Counted from the stretch's first letter, positions 1 to 17,900 are shown. The stretch: DNA of 64,000 nucleotides from Catajapyx aquilonaris (GCA_000934665.2 JYFJ02001639.1:1-64000), one strand, 5' to 3'. Numbers and translations: made by a program. The notes: generated by a model from the letters alone, not told the origin.

Positions 1-2898
1 GCCTCGAGGGGGGTCAAAGGTCACGAGAGATGCGGCGCTGGCTGCAAATTAGCCAAATCGCAAGACAACGTCGCAGATACAATTGTTTCGCCAAATTATG
101 AACAAGAGTGGGCATTAAAAATGAAACAGTCCCTTTGGGAAGCAAATAATTGATAGAGGTCATAGGTCACGACCTTTAACACAAATGGTTCTGAAAATAA
201 ATTTCGAAAAATAAAAATATATTTGTAACATTAATTGGGGGGCGATATTATCTCGCACCATTATGTACTTGAAGGTTACTGACCTTTATGTGTACTTAGT
301 ATATGAAGATTACTGACCTGTGTGTATCTGAAGGTTACTGACCTTATAACGTAAGAATAACATTGTCAATTTTTTAATCAGTCTGCCCTTTGATCCCTAA
401 GTACCTGAAAAATTCATATGATCATGTCTCGATCTTGACAAGTCCACATGTCGCATACACACACAAAAAATGGGTTAGTTTTTAATTATGTACACCTTTA
501 GGGGGAGGATCATGTGTTAGGTCAATTATTCAGTGCACTTGCAGCACGTCGGCGCCGCATGCCCACAATACCGGATATGACTTACATGAACAAAATGGTT
601 TACTAAGTACATAGTTGTATGTAATGTCTAGAGTGGAATACTCTGCTGGCTACGTACCGAGCCGGATTTTACTGGAAAAAAAACTTCCCTGGGCTTGCAC
701 TGTATCAATTATGTAGAAGGGCGGGCAGGATTAAACATGTAGATGGTCCCATAATATTTATAGATCCGCAGGGTATCCTTGNCTGCGAGGACTGCGCATG
801 AGCAAAAATCACTGCCACTAATTAGTACTGAAAGCAAATGAGGAAAAATTACGCACCACATGATATCCAACCGATCTACATTATATAAAACTGAAAGTGT
901 GTGTGTATGTCCGGGTTGTTTAACGTACATAGACGTGCCTCAAAATCCGAAATATTTGGAGACAGGACCAGTTACATGCCAACCATTTCGTGGCAGTACA
1001 GCAGTACCTGAACAGATGCAAATAATGAGCCACCAACCGGCCAAAAATGGCAGCTGCAAAAAAATTGCGAATGATCAATTGTCGGTACCGTAATTGGTCG
1101 CGTGCATATACATGCAGAAAAAGTATCCGCCGGAAATGAAATCGACAGTCCTTGACATTACCTCCCCATTAAAAAAAAGAGAGAGAGAGCATACTTCCAG
1201 GTATAAGCCCGTCCCAAAAATTCTGTCCTTTTCCACAAAAAAAAAATAGCCTCCCCAAAAAATCGTCTCTTTTTCAAAAAAACGAAGGTTCCAAAAAAAT
1301 TTCAATTTCCAAATTTTTTTTTCGCGAGTCTCAGTCTCGGTGCAACGACTCCAGATGCGCCAGTGGGCGGATACCAGTTCTCTCTATCTCTCTCTTTTTT
1401 GCAAAAAAAAAAGGGGGGGGCGGGGTCTGGCTGGCTCTGGTAGTGGTATCGATTGATAAAAGCCTCTGATAGAGGTTCATTCAGGTTGGCGGCCGTCGCA
1501 GACTGAGGAAGCAGTCGACGCCGGTTAGCTTATGCCAGGCTTGGAAACGACGCCTAGTCACGACACAACTATATTTATATACAAAAAAAAAAAATGGGTT
1601 ATGCCAACCTTGCCCCACACCTATTAAGTCTATACGACACTTCTATCGCTAGCCTAATATTTCAAAGCTGTCTCTTTTCTGTTTTTTTTTTCTTCCAATT
1701 TTTCCCTTCTGGATGTTCCGGAAACATCAGCAGGTTCCAAAAAATATGTCTGGAAAGCCATCCTGCTGGAAAGAGATGAACCTGACAGGTCCCAAAAAGA
1801 AAGTCGGAAGCGATACAAATGCCGTCTGTTTTTCCGCTCCAACGAACTTGTCCCCCCCTATGTCGCTCATGTCACCATCTATACCACCTCCCCCTTGTTC
1901 CATAGTGGAAGAAATCCAGCCGTTATCATACACCCCCTCCAAAAAAAAATGTACGGGAATGAATGTGGAAGCACATTAATCGGACATGTCCATGCATAGT
2001 AACCGATAGTAACGAACACTCTATTTCTAGAAGGACGAATTGTGTGGGAATATGCACAAAAAAATACGACGCAATTGGCCAAATATTGATGCAGTGAACA
2101 ATCGATAGAAGTGCGCAGTCACTTCCAGGAGTAAGGTAGCAGACCTGCGCCAATTCGCTCTTTTTACCGACAGGCGCCACCAGTACGACGACACCCCGGG
2201 TGTGCAGATCCGAACGGAAAACATGTGTGGAGCCGACTCATGTCCGGCACACACATTGTGAATTACCACCTCATGTCTCTCTCCCCCCCACCCAGCCCAC
2301 TCTTCCGCCCCAGCTCTGAAAGGGTTATAAAAATGTAATATGTGCGTGACAAGGCCCCAGAGGTCTGCTCTAGGGTGGCTGGCTGGCGAGTGTGTGTGTG
2401 TGTGGTGGATGGCAGGGTTTGAAGTGGGTGGGGGGTGGGGGGGGGGGGAAAGAGATGGGTTTCATTCATGAGGAGGCTCACAATATCTGCATTGCACATG
2501 CACTCCATATTATTGCATACGGACTCAAAAATTTTGTTCCCAGCAAACAAATTTCGCAACCGGTCTGACGCACGCACATATATTTTTTCGCAACAGCAAT
2601 GACGCACATGCATATTTTCGCACCTTTTCAACAATCCGCCTGATTGTTCAATGAAGGAAGTGTCGCCCCCCTGCTTTTTTTAACACCATTATCAATCTTA
2701 TCGCATTGCAACAATCTGACGCGACTATAGTATTTGACGGCCCTCACTATTTGGCAACGTCGCATCCCAGGTTCGTTCACACCGACGTCTGCGGTCCTCT
2801 CTTCAATGCGGCGCCGCCCACGCCTGGAAATAAAGCTAAAAACACCTACCCCCACATGGAGGTACACCCACGTACCCCAATCTGCAAATACCTATCCG

Positions 2899-2979
<81 letters not shown>

Positions 2980-2990
2980 GATCATCATTA
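2899..2990. repeat. (ATT)n microsatellite
   Basis: Long ATT run with rare ATC/ATG interruptions. It produces the spurious poly-L, poly-Y and poly-I ORFs. Confidence 0.95.
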
Positions 2991-3529
2991 TTGGTGGGAT
3001 GGTTTTGTCATTTCCAAGCCTGTGTGTCCTCCCACCCACCCCAGCCCCCCTCTCTATTCTGTACACCCACCCCCACCCACCCTCATCCGCCATCCGCCCC
3101 CGCCAGAAAAGCCCGCCGTCGAGGCTTTTACGAGCCAAACTGCAGCTGAGACGGAGCAGACCCAGTGTTGCCATATTTTTTGAGAGCCAACCAGGGTGTG
3201 AAACATTGCGCTAAATATCGACTTGAGTCAATGTCCTGGACGTAGGGAGGGGGAGGGATAACAATAAAAAAATAATTTGATGGCACACCGAGAGACATGC
3301 TCGCTTTAAGAATAATAATAAAAAATTGGGTTCATTCATTTACATCATGGGTCATATTCCACATATTAGGTCATCACATTGTGACATAATTGGACAGTGA
3401 TGTCAGCTTGTGATGTAGTTGAAGACCCACTTACATCAGGAGCAATAGTGACAGCCGGTTGGTCACCCAATTCAACCAATCAGCAGCTACCACATAATTT
3501 AAGTGACATACTAGCTAACCACCTGAAAC

Positions 3530-4085
3530 TGTCTTTAATTTATGAAATTATTATATTTTTATGCTATTTTATATATTTTTGTTGTATATTTCATTGTCAT
3601 GGCATATTTTAATTTTCACATTTCATATTATGTTTTTATAATTATTGTACACCTACATTTAATTTTCATATCTTGTGTTCTCCTGTATGTTTATTTTATA
3701 TTTTAATATTGTATATAGTCAATTCTTATTATATATTTTAATATTAAATATGTCCCGCAGGTGATGATTTTTTACATTTTATTGTTTTATATTGCAAATT
3801 TAATTGCCATATTATTTTATGTCATATTTTAAGTGGTACAGTATCTTTGTTTCATATTTTGCTTCATATTTCATATTTAATTTTCATCTTTTATGTTGTA
3901 TATTTATTTAACATTTTACGTTGCATAAATATAATATTTCTAACGAATGTATTTTACATTGCAGCTATATTTATTCTATATTTTACGTTGTATATTTATT
4001 GTCTATTTTACGTTGTATATTTACTGTACATACTATGCATTATACAGTATTACATAATATATTATACATTGTAAATTATAATACA
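3530..4085. repeat. AT-rich low-complexity tract
   Basis: Strongly T/A-biased, with recurring ttttacgttgtatattt-like units. Confidence 0.6.
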
Positions 4086-5211
4086 TGGGGGTTATGCCAG
4101 ATTATGAGTGTGACGTACACACAGCTTGAAAAAAGGTGATGATGTGATGTGCAATTGAACCCCTAGGCCGCACATGAATCAGCATCGGACTAATATGGGT
4201 GTAAAAATTAAAGCGTTACAACCAAACGGCATAAAAATTTCCTGATCGGGCAATCTTCAATTCAAGCGTTGCTGCATACTTTGCTGAAGTTGGCAGTGGG
4301 GTTTCGAACACGTGCAACCGTACGTGTGGCGCAATACCAGGAATTGAAGTGTGGTAATTCCCCCATGGGGAATGACTTAATGAAGCAGCCTGGCTAGCTG
4401 GGTTGCAAATCCCACCAGCTACCAAGTTATCTAATCAGAAAAAGAAATTCCAGAAGCCATTTTTTGCAGAAACATCCTGTTGGCTGCAACTCAACAGAAG
4501 GAGGCAATAGCTGCTTCGACAATAACGCACTCGAAGTTTTGCAAGGGCAAAAGGCTCAAAGTCATTGATAAAAAGTGTCATTGGGTATTGCAACAAAAAA
4601 AGAAAAAAAGTATGAAGCAGATCCTTCAATGGCAGTTCAATAATACAAACAAATCAAAGTTCAAGAATGGGCAGCAAATAATAAGCAAATAGTACATCAA
4701 AAATAGGAGAAAACTACAAACAATGATAGAGATGCGATGCCACAGGGTTACCAGATGACCTCAAGCGTTATCAAAAATACCTTGATTTTAATGCGCATGT
4801 TATGCCTGGAATGTGCGGCCTTCTCGGGTATCTAATGACAGTGGACAATGTGGTGGGTCGGCAGATAGTTGGAATTGGCCCCAGGAACATGATATCGTAG
4901 TACTATTTCCACTGAAATATTAATGGAACTTGCTCAGAACGTTTCGATATGACAATGCAGCCGGATCCATGTCAAGATTACTCTTTCATGTGACTATCAG
5001 ACCGCAACGTAACGAGAGCCCTTTGAATGGACAGAAAATGTAGCTGATTTGATTTGCCCTGCTTATACTTTGTTGTTCAGTATCCGGACACAAAACTGAT
5101 ACTATATCAATATCTAATAAGCAGAAGGGAATGTTCAGCTTGCAGGATGATAGCAGTATCGTTAATGATGTAATTAGCCTGGCGATACTGTAAATATGCC
5201 TGAATGTCTCA

Positions 5212-8639
<3,428 letters not shown>

Positions 8640-8659
8640 TTTAAAGGGTGCGGAACAGT

Positions 8660-8764
8660 TCAGGGCAGCCTTCCCGGCAGCGTGTGGCCGTCATCCCGAG
8701 CCCCGTGCCCCTCAAAGTCCACGGAATCGAAGGAGTGGAATTCCAGGCGCCAAACGGACGCCAT
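8660..8764 (-). other. Upstream ORF (34 aa) in the putative KAT7 5' leader
   Basis: aacATGG start at 8764 and TGA at 8662-8660, ending 20 nt before the KAT7 ATG. Peptide MASVWRLEFHSFDSVDFEGHGARDDGHTLPGRLP. Confidence 0.5.
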
Positions 8765-8998
8765 GTTATGATGCCAAGGCGGGCCCGTTCCTATCGCTGT
8801 AACTAAGAACCGTTCTCAACACAGGTGGCGACTGCAGCGCCGCCGAAGTGGACTGCGGACAAGTTGAAAAGTATTCCTTTAAAAGCGGGTGATTTAAACC
8901 GTACATAAAATTGCAAAAATAAAAGTTCGATGCTGGGTACAGCAGAAATTTTTATTATTATAATTTTCACCCAACTTGTGCGCAACAGACTCTTAATA

Positions 8999-11900
8999 TT
9001 AGGTTTGTGACGACCTTTTTTTATTAGTGACGAACGTCTTGCTGCCTGTTCTAGGGTCCGACCCCAGCTTGACCAGTAGGCTCCTCTGCGACGGAGGTGG
9101 CTTGATGCTCCCGGTCACCTTCCCCACAACGGACATCTGCTCCGACCCCTTCGCAGTCACGGGCAGGCTCAACTTGGAGCCGCTGATCTTCGCTGCGGCA
9201 ACCCTCGGCCCTACAATGGGCCTGACTAGGTACATGACTGATCCCGAGTCCAGATCATCCTTTATTGCTTCGTCATCTGGAGGCTCCTGCTGGTCTGGCT
9301 TCATAATCCCGGGAAGGTACAGCGGGCCGGCTTTCAGGCTGCAGGCCCGGATCCCCTTCCTCAGCTGCCTCATCTGGTATCTTTGCCTGTTGGAAAATAT
9401 GCGGGCATGTCAGTCGAACTGTGTTGTAAGACAGCAAAAACTGAATTGAACGCACCTGTGTGAAACCTTCGTGAGCTTTGCAATCTCCTGTATGGCCTCC
9501 TCCTCCCTGGCGGCCAGCACCAGCTCCTCAATCCTATCCTTCTCAGCGTTGGTCTCCATTTCCATCAGTTCCCTCCTGCGTCCCTGCAGGAAGGCGGTGA
9601 GCTCCAGCTTCTCCGTGTTCTCCTGCACCGAGAGGGAGAGCTCCCGGCGGGTCTCCCGATACTTCTTCTCCAACTCCGTCTTCTCCTTGAATTGCTTGCG
9701 GAGCACGTCCTGCATCTGGACTTCCTTTTCGTGCAGGGGCTCGTTCAAAGACACGAGCTCCAGGTCTCGCAGGCTCACCATGTGACCCAGCTTCGACATC
9801 ATTGCTTCCTGCACTTCCTGTTCCAGATCATGCACGCGCAACGTCATGTCGTTGCACCACCGGCGGAACTGGCGCTGCGTCTCACGGTAGTTCCTGATGA
9901 GAAAAAGAGAGAGCGCATATGTCACACGTATGGTTGCAGGCACAGCAACTGATGAGTATGAGACTCACACGTGCTTCTTCCGCTCGTCCTCAGTCTCTTC
10001 TCTGAGTTCCCATATCCTGTCCTGCAGCTTCTGCAGTCCTTCCCTGGTGAAGACGAGGGAGTTGGTCAGGTCGTCTTTGATCTGGTTGCCGCACATGTAC
10101 TCCACCTGGCTCATATGCAGGATGGCTATGGTGTCCAGTGCGTTCAGCCTCCCTTGCTTCTCCAGCTGGAACGCCTCTATCTCCTGCTTGACGTACGTCA
10201 GGGCCGTCTCCACGTTCTTCTGCTTCTTCAACAGGGTGTCCATGTCCTTTTTCAACTGCTCCGTCGCCTTCTTCTCCTCCACCATCTGCTCCTCCAGGGT
10301 CTGCCGGTCCATCCTCAGCTTGTTGGTCAGGTCGTACAACTCGGGGTCGCAACCCTTGGGACACTCGGAGTCATCCAGCTTGGAAACGGCTGGAGCGTCT
10401 TCATCGCCCTCCTCGTCTTCCTCGTCGTATTCAGACTCGGAGCTCGACTCGGACTCACTCTCCTCACTCGACGACTCTATCGTAAGTCAGGTAAAGTGCT
10501 TGTAGGTATTGGAAGGTGCCGCAAAAGCCACCACTCACCTTCCCCTTCTTCTTTCTCCTTCTTCTTCTTCACCTTCTTCTTGAACAGACGGAGCAGAAAG
10601 TCAGCGAACTTGTTGTTCTCTCCGATGCTGAAGATGAGCTGCTGCATGATGGACTTCTGGGTCTCTACTATCCTATCCATCTCTTTCTTCTTGGCGTCTA
10701 TCTTGCTCTGGATCTCCAAAGCCTGTGGATTTCGATGATGTCATTTCACGTCACACGTTTCGTTAACCTAGCCCTATCGGCAATTTGTGTCGAAATAATA
10801 TGCGATTACCTTATACTTCATGTCGTTTCGGTCAGCGAACCTGCTGTTGAGCCTCTCCGTGAGAGAGACTTCCTGCTGCTCGTAATTCTTGAGCACGGTC
10901 AGCTGGTTGAAGAGGCACAGCAGGCAGAACTCCTGGAAGCGAAGGTCTACCTCCAACGGAACCTTCTCCATCTTTAGCCTCAGGACATCCTGGTCGAACT
11001 CGAGGATCATCTTGTCCATCAGCTCGATTATCTCGTCTTGCCGGAACAAGACCCTGTGGGGTGAAATGCAACAGACTTCATCGTCTTCGGCCATTTATTT
11101 TTAGAGAGCTCACCTGATCTCCCACATCTTCGCCAGCTCCACTTCGAAGGATGCCGGTGGGGCCAGGTTGTCCGGGGTGCTCCCTCGCCTTATGGTCCCC
11201 AACGAGTGGTCCTCCTTGCTCTCAGACTCCTCGAGTATGCTGCTCTTCTTGTGGAAGCTGACCTCCCCCGCTCTGAGTAGATCCATCTTGGACAGGTTCA
11301 CCTTAGACGCTTCCAAGGTGTCCAGCCTCCACGGCTCTGCGTCCAGGTCGACGTTGTCGCTCGTGTCTCTGCTGCCTCGCAGGCTGCTGGCCCTCCTCCC
11401 GCCGGCCATGTGCGTGCGTTCCTCCGTCGAATAATGGGTTGTCTTGCGTTTGTCCCACTCATCCTGCTTCAACAGCAGCACCTGAAATCAAGCTACGATG
11501 TTAATATACCCTGTGAAGTCAAACTGTACGCACCTCATCCTTCAGGGTCACTATCGTCATTTCGGGAACTTCGAAAGTCTTCTCCGGCATCTCGCAGCCC
11601 TCCATGTCCATGAAGACCGGGACGCTCTTTCTCTTGGAAGGCTCGAGGTTCTCGTGCAGCTCGCTCATCTCCTCCTGCAAGCGGTGGAGCACAATCAGCT
11701 CGGATATCTTGCGGTCCCTGAGGGCCAGGAGCTTGTCGTTGAAGTTCCGGCGGTCCGTCTGCATGCTCTGCTTCAGGGACATCAGTTCGTGCCGCTTCAT
11801 CCTGGCCGAGTAGTTGGAGTTGGAGGGGACCTTGTAGTCCGCTGCGGTCTTCAGCTTGTAGTCCCCGATGGTGTTGATGCACTGCTGCAGCAGGACCACC

Positions 11901-14900
11901 TCGGCAGGGTCGTCCACATGCTCTTTAGGCCTTTGAGAATACAAGGTCCTCCACTGCGGAGCAAACATGAGAGTTTCAAAACAAGACGAGATTACATCCC
12001 AGCGGATCGCTTACGAGTTTCTTCCTAATGGCCCTCAACTTCATGTTCTTCAGGGCCTTCTCAAGCACCATGGCCAACCTCGCAGGCAGCTTCTTATCAT
12101 GAAGGGCCTGAATCATCTTCTCAGAGATTCGGTTGGCATCCTCGTCAACGTCTTCTTCAGTCCCTTCTTCTCCTCCATGGGTCAAGTCGTCTGAATCTTG
12201 CCTTCGCAGGCGGAAACATAAATTGATTACCTCTGGTCAGCGTGTTACACATTATTCATGCAGTGCGGCATGTGCAACCCCCGCATGCACTGAACCGGTG
12301 CACATTACGCAATGGTGTACACATGCGGTGGTACAAAATTACAGTCAGTTCCCACGTCACACGTCCTCAAACTGCTTTTGTGAAAAGTGCCTCAGTTCAA
12401 AAGCACAAATTGCATCGTGAAATAGCCTCGTACAAAATAATTGGCCCATGCAATATACTCACAAGAGTTTATCGTAATATTCAGGGCAAGGGGGTTCCTT
12501 GTCCAGTAATTCCATACAATTGCGGCTTGTAATAAACAAAGAACGAACAGCTCCATGTTAATAACTAGCCACGTCCAGTGTCGTAATTAGTTAATCATCA
12601 TGGTGTGTGTATCGGCAGATAAGTTCATAGTTATGCACATTTTTTTTATGGCAAAGAGAGACAATATTGTAGGTACCTAAACCGATTTGCTTCGAACTCC
12701 CGCCTCATTTCCTCCTCATTCAAGGCCAGCAGCTCATCGTAGAGTAGAGACAAAGAATTATGCTTGAAGGTGCTCACCATGACCGACCGACTGTCCAAAG
12801 AGGAAAGAGCAAATCAGACACAATAGGAACCACAAGCAGCGCTTCGTTACAACGCCAGACCTCAACCCTTTCAAGATGATCCTGTCGCAATCCAGCCGTC
12901 CCTTGAAAAAGCCCCAGAGCTTGTCGAGTCCCCTCTGAGTCTTCTCCAGCTCGTAGGCCAGCTTCTCTCTCACCAGGCTCTCCTCGTCCAGCAGCCGCTT
13001 GAAGAGCACCTCCCGGATCGAAGGGTGCATCTCAAACTCACATCTGGGCACTTGGTACGAGAGCGGGATCTCCGTTTCGTTCCTGAAAAATCCATCGCGG
13101 CATGAACGGCCGAACACTAACAGCGTTAAAATTTGTTTCACCGCTTTGGGTCGCTTTCCGACCCAAGCACTCACTTGATGATGAGCTGCTTGAGCTCCCG
13201 ACGGTATCTGTTGAGCTCCCTTCGCATGGCGTTCTTCTTCTCCTCCGCGATCCGCATCTTCCTGTCCTGCTCGGCCTTCTGTTTGGCGTCCTCGATGCAC
13301 GGGTACTTGGGATCCTCTATGTCGATGGCCTTTTCCTTAAGGGGTTCGGGAGGAAGCACCTCGTGGGCACGTTTCGGAATGTAGCTCTCCAGGCTTGCCA
13401 CGCTCATCTTGTCCATGAGGATCAGGCTCTTGTCTATGCCCAGCTCCTCCTCACCCTCGCCTTCCTTCTCGCCCTCCTTGTCGGGCTTCAGATTCCCAGA
13501 GTACCTGTAGCAAAATATGCTTCCGTCCTCCCCGCCCGAGAACATGCGCTTCCCGTCGTGGCTGAAAACCAGGAACTTGACAGCCCCATGTTCGTTGTCG
13601 TGCATCGACAGGGTCCAGTAGTTGGAGAAGTCCCAGTCCCCGAAGGATTGCAAGAGGACGCGTATCTGGCCGTTCTCCATGCCCATGATCACGAACTTCG
13701 AGTCGGGACTGTGAGCAGGTAAAAAAATTTGAATTATTTCAACAATGCCATTCCCAATAATTAGGCGCAGAGCTACTTACGACTGAATCATACTGTGTAT
13801 GGGGACGTCATTCGAGTCGACAATGGGAATTGCGTCGACCGGTTCCAGCTCTCCCCTCTTGCACTTGTACATGTAGCCAGCGTCGAATTCCCCCATCGAC
13901 ACCCACATGCAGTCCCTCTCTTCCTCGTCGGAAGAATACTGCAAGTGCAGGATGGGGCTGGGAACCTCGGGGATGTACGGATCCTCCTCCTCGTCCTCGT
14001 CTTCCTCCTCCTCCTCCTCTAATAACACGGAAGACAAGCACATTTACATACAGAGCACCGCAACCCACTCGAGTGGCCTTACCTTCCTCCTCGTCATCAA
14101 AACCTTGCGCCCGCAGCTGCGCTCTGAGCTTTTCTTTCTCCTCTCTTTTCTTCTCTTTCTCCTCCTCCTTCTTCTTCTTCTCTTCTTCCCTCCGCAGGCG
14201 GGACTTGATGCTTTGAAACTTGTACGTGTAGCCCTCCAGATGCTTCAGGAAGAACGTTTGCTTCGAGTCCACCTTCGATACATCTGGAAACGACGCCTCC
14301 ATCAGAGCTCCCTTCTCCAGAATCATGAGGAACGTTTGGTGCTGGAAAAGAAGCAGTTTCGTCACTAAATTTGTTGGGGGCACCTAGTGTTAAATGATCA
14401 ATCCAGAGCGATTTAAAAACTCTGTCTACCTGAAAAGGGCACCACTGCAGAGACATGACTGCACTGTCCAGGGTCAGGTAACAATAGGGACGCAGGCGTA
14501 TCCCTGCCTTCGATTCAATGTAGAAGAGAAATATGGTCTTGTCCGTGCTTGCGGTAATGAAGATATTTCCGGTGTGATTGATGAGAGCTCCTGAGACGGT
14601 AGATTTGTGAGGTTTCAGAGCCTGCGTCAGTGTCACGCACACTTTCTTTCCTTCCTGCGAACGGAAATGCCATTGAAATGTTCTCCGTGAAACATGTAAT
14701 TGTGACTTGTAATTGCGATCATGTAATGTACCACATGCAGGGAGAGGACACGGACGACTCCATCGGTAAATCCCGCCACGAGAGTGGATCCCGTCTGATC
14801 CACATCCAGTGGGAACCACATCAGGTACGACCCGGACCCTGCGTACCTCGTCGAAAGCATTGTGGAAGGTGTCTCGTAGTCGTACACAAAGAAGTGCCCT

Positions 14901-17900
14901 TCCCTGCCAAGCGCCGCCAACAGGGTGCAGTTTGGCGAGGTGGCCAAGCCTGCGATAGAGCCCGGCAGCCACTTGTGCAGCTTCACGGGTCCTCGAGAAG
15001 TCGGAGCGAAGGACAAATCCGATTTCCAGATGGATCCTGACGAGTCCTGCGTAGTAAATGCCCATGCAATTAGTCAGCCGTCTTACAGTAAGCAGCGGAG
15101 ACGAATGCGCACCTGCAGGTACCAATAGCTTTCAGTCATTTCGCTGTATTCGTCTGAGCTCACTGGCTGCTTCACCATGGACCTCAGGATGGCACCGGCC
15201 CCTACTCTGACATCATTCGTCGGTTCCAGAGTAATTTTTCCTGAGTCGTCCTTGGCGTCAGCCTGGTCAACGGACTCGAAGCTCCAAGCGTAGATCCACC
15301 CATCTTTTCCTGTAGCAAAGAAGGTTAATCAGTGTACAGCCGATCTTTATTCCGGCTGTTAATATTTCTCGCATCCGACCCGTGATCTCGGAAGGTCTTT
15401 TGGCCAAAACGAGAGCTCACCCAGTGTGATCAGGTTGCCTTCTTCCAACACCATCTGCGATATGGGTCCCTGGTGACAAGCCTTGGCGTTCTTCTGGTGG
15501 ATCTCCACCTTGATGAGCCCGCCTTCCCAGACCAGCATGTTTCCCCACTCGCATCCAGAGATGACCTTACCGTCGGGAAACTCCACATAGCTCTCCACGT
15601 CCGATATCTCAGTGCGGCCAAAGCGGCCCAGCTCTCCTTGCAGCTTTAGGCCAGTGAAGGTGTGGGCCATCTTCCAGAACTTTATGTGGCCCAATCCTGC
15701 AGAAGAAAGTAAAGCGTTACGATTTTAGGAGCCATCGTCTTGCCTATACTGACCGCATGTGGTGAGCTGCCCGGGGTTGTAGGCTGAGAACGTGCTTCTG
15801 AAGATGTCCTGGCCATGCGCTTTGCATCTGAGGAGTATCCTCTCCTTCCTCCAGTTCCAAACTGTCAGCAGGAAGTCAGGCTGGCATCCCTGAGAGCAAA
15901 GGTACACGCCGTCTTCGCTATAAAGTAGTGAAATTATGCGTTAAAATCAGCCGGTTACAGAAATGTTATTTTTTAAAAAGCTTACCTGAAGCACACGTAA
16001 GCATATGCTTGGGCTGTCCCTCTCCGAAGGACCTTTAAGATCTCCACTTCAGGCCACTGGTAAATGATTATGGGTGGATAATCTCCTTTCTCTGCCACGC
16101 AAAACAGCGGCTCCAACGGGTGAACCTAATTGAATGAAGTCATAAAATAAACAGGATAACTTTACAGAAAAGCGGTCGTACCGCAATATGTCCAATTCCA
16201 CCTCCCATGGCGGTGCGACGGAACGTGAACGAGTTTGTCACGTGGTCGTAGAAGTGCAACAGATTCCCAGATGCGTACAGCAGTGTGTCGGAATCCAAGC
16301 AGGCCAGGTTGGACAGTCTGGTACATTCGTATCCGAAGGAGTAGCTGAACATATTCATTGTAAGGAAGCAATCGGTGAAAATCCATTTTTTAAAAATACA
16401 CCTGCTGAGGAAACGACACCACCTGTGCGCAAAAGGATACTAGAACACTAGGACATCCTCTGGAATAGTGGAATCCTCGCTCATCAGCGGCCCTGATATG
16501 TAGTCATCACTTTCGTACACCACCTCTTCTTCCTCTTGTACTTCTTCATCCGCTGCACCTTCTTCACTCGGCACTGATTCTGTATGCGCCAGGCTTGCTT
16601 GCTCTCCCTCAGTCTTCTCAGCATCTCCTTCGGGCTTCTCTGCACCATCTTCAATCTCCTCCTCGGCATATTCATACTCCCCGGAGCCCCCTTCAAGCGC
16701 CTTGGTACCATCTTCAGTTGGCTCCAGATCTTCTTCAGTTAGATCCAGATCATCTTCAGACTGTATAGTGCCTTCTTCAGACTTTAGAGTGCCTGTTTCA
16801 GTTGGGTCATACTGTCCGGGACCTTCTCCGGACTGTTCAGTCCCTTCTTCAGTTCCTTCAGCCTCTCCGGACTGATCAGTCCATTCAGCCTCTCCAGACA
16901 GATCAGTCCCTTCTCCAGAACTCTCAGCTACTTCAGTCTCTACAGAATCTCCTTCAGTCCCTACGGAATCACCCTCAGGCTGTTCATCTCCGGGCTCCCT
17001 TCCTTCAGACCCTCCCTCCTGAACAAAAAATTAATTAATATTATTGATCAATTATATCATATCAAACAAATTTTCACACATTAGACAATTATTCTGTAAA
17101 AAGTTGTTCAATTTTTTTAAAGAAAATGAAAGTCCTTCAAGAAACCATCAAAGCATGTAACTTCAAACAATTGAAATTTAATTTGCCATTATTTATTATT
17201 GTAGGCAATTTTTTTAAAAAAATTAATACTAATCAGGATGGTTAGGTGCCTTGATCATGCTGGTCAAAGTGGGTGAACAACATTGTTAGATATTAGATGA
17301 TTAATATGGATCAGGTAATTAATAAAGTAATTTAAAAAAACCCCTAATAGTTAATGATAGATTAGGCAATTGTTTTTAAGGTATTAAACCATTAATTTAA
17401 AACAATTACGGTAATTCCAGGTTGGTGCCTTGAATGTGGTCAATGTGGGTGAAAAATAGAGCAACAATTTTTTTAAAAAATATGTATTTGAAGCAACAAT
17501 CAGCCACCCTGTAATTTTGCTGCGCAATAAATCCGCAAGTAATGTAATATTGGGCATCGATTTCGCATTATCAGGAAGTCAAGTCACAGCAAGACGCACA
17601 CACATGTGCAAATATGTTTGGGCGAAACTTATGCCATACTTTCTATACTCAATTGCCCGTGTCTCAATTTTTTTTCACACATTTAACTATTGGTCCGATT
17701 CTTCCAAAATAAATTCTTTTTCGCCAAAAATCAATTTGCACACACGCGGTAGTGATCTAGCTATAAAAAGGCTGGTTGGTTCCTACCAACTTCATCAGTC
17801 TCAACACAGCAAACAACCTACACCTATAACAATGGAGTTTAAGGTAAGTGCACTGTTAATTTTTTAATCATATTATTAATTAATTGCTGCTGTTATTGTT

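Noticed and set aside
860..2270. Short ORFs of moderate GC content
   Set aside because: No recognisable domain or consistent exon chain, and they do not encode the missing KAT7 motifs.
2706..3214. ORFs with poly-L, poly-Y and poly-I tracts, and a VHTDVCGP motif resembling Ty1/copia integrase
   Set aside because: The homopolymers come from the (ATT)n microsatellite. No other integrase residues, LTRs or RT sequence flank the 8-aa match.
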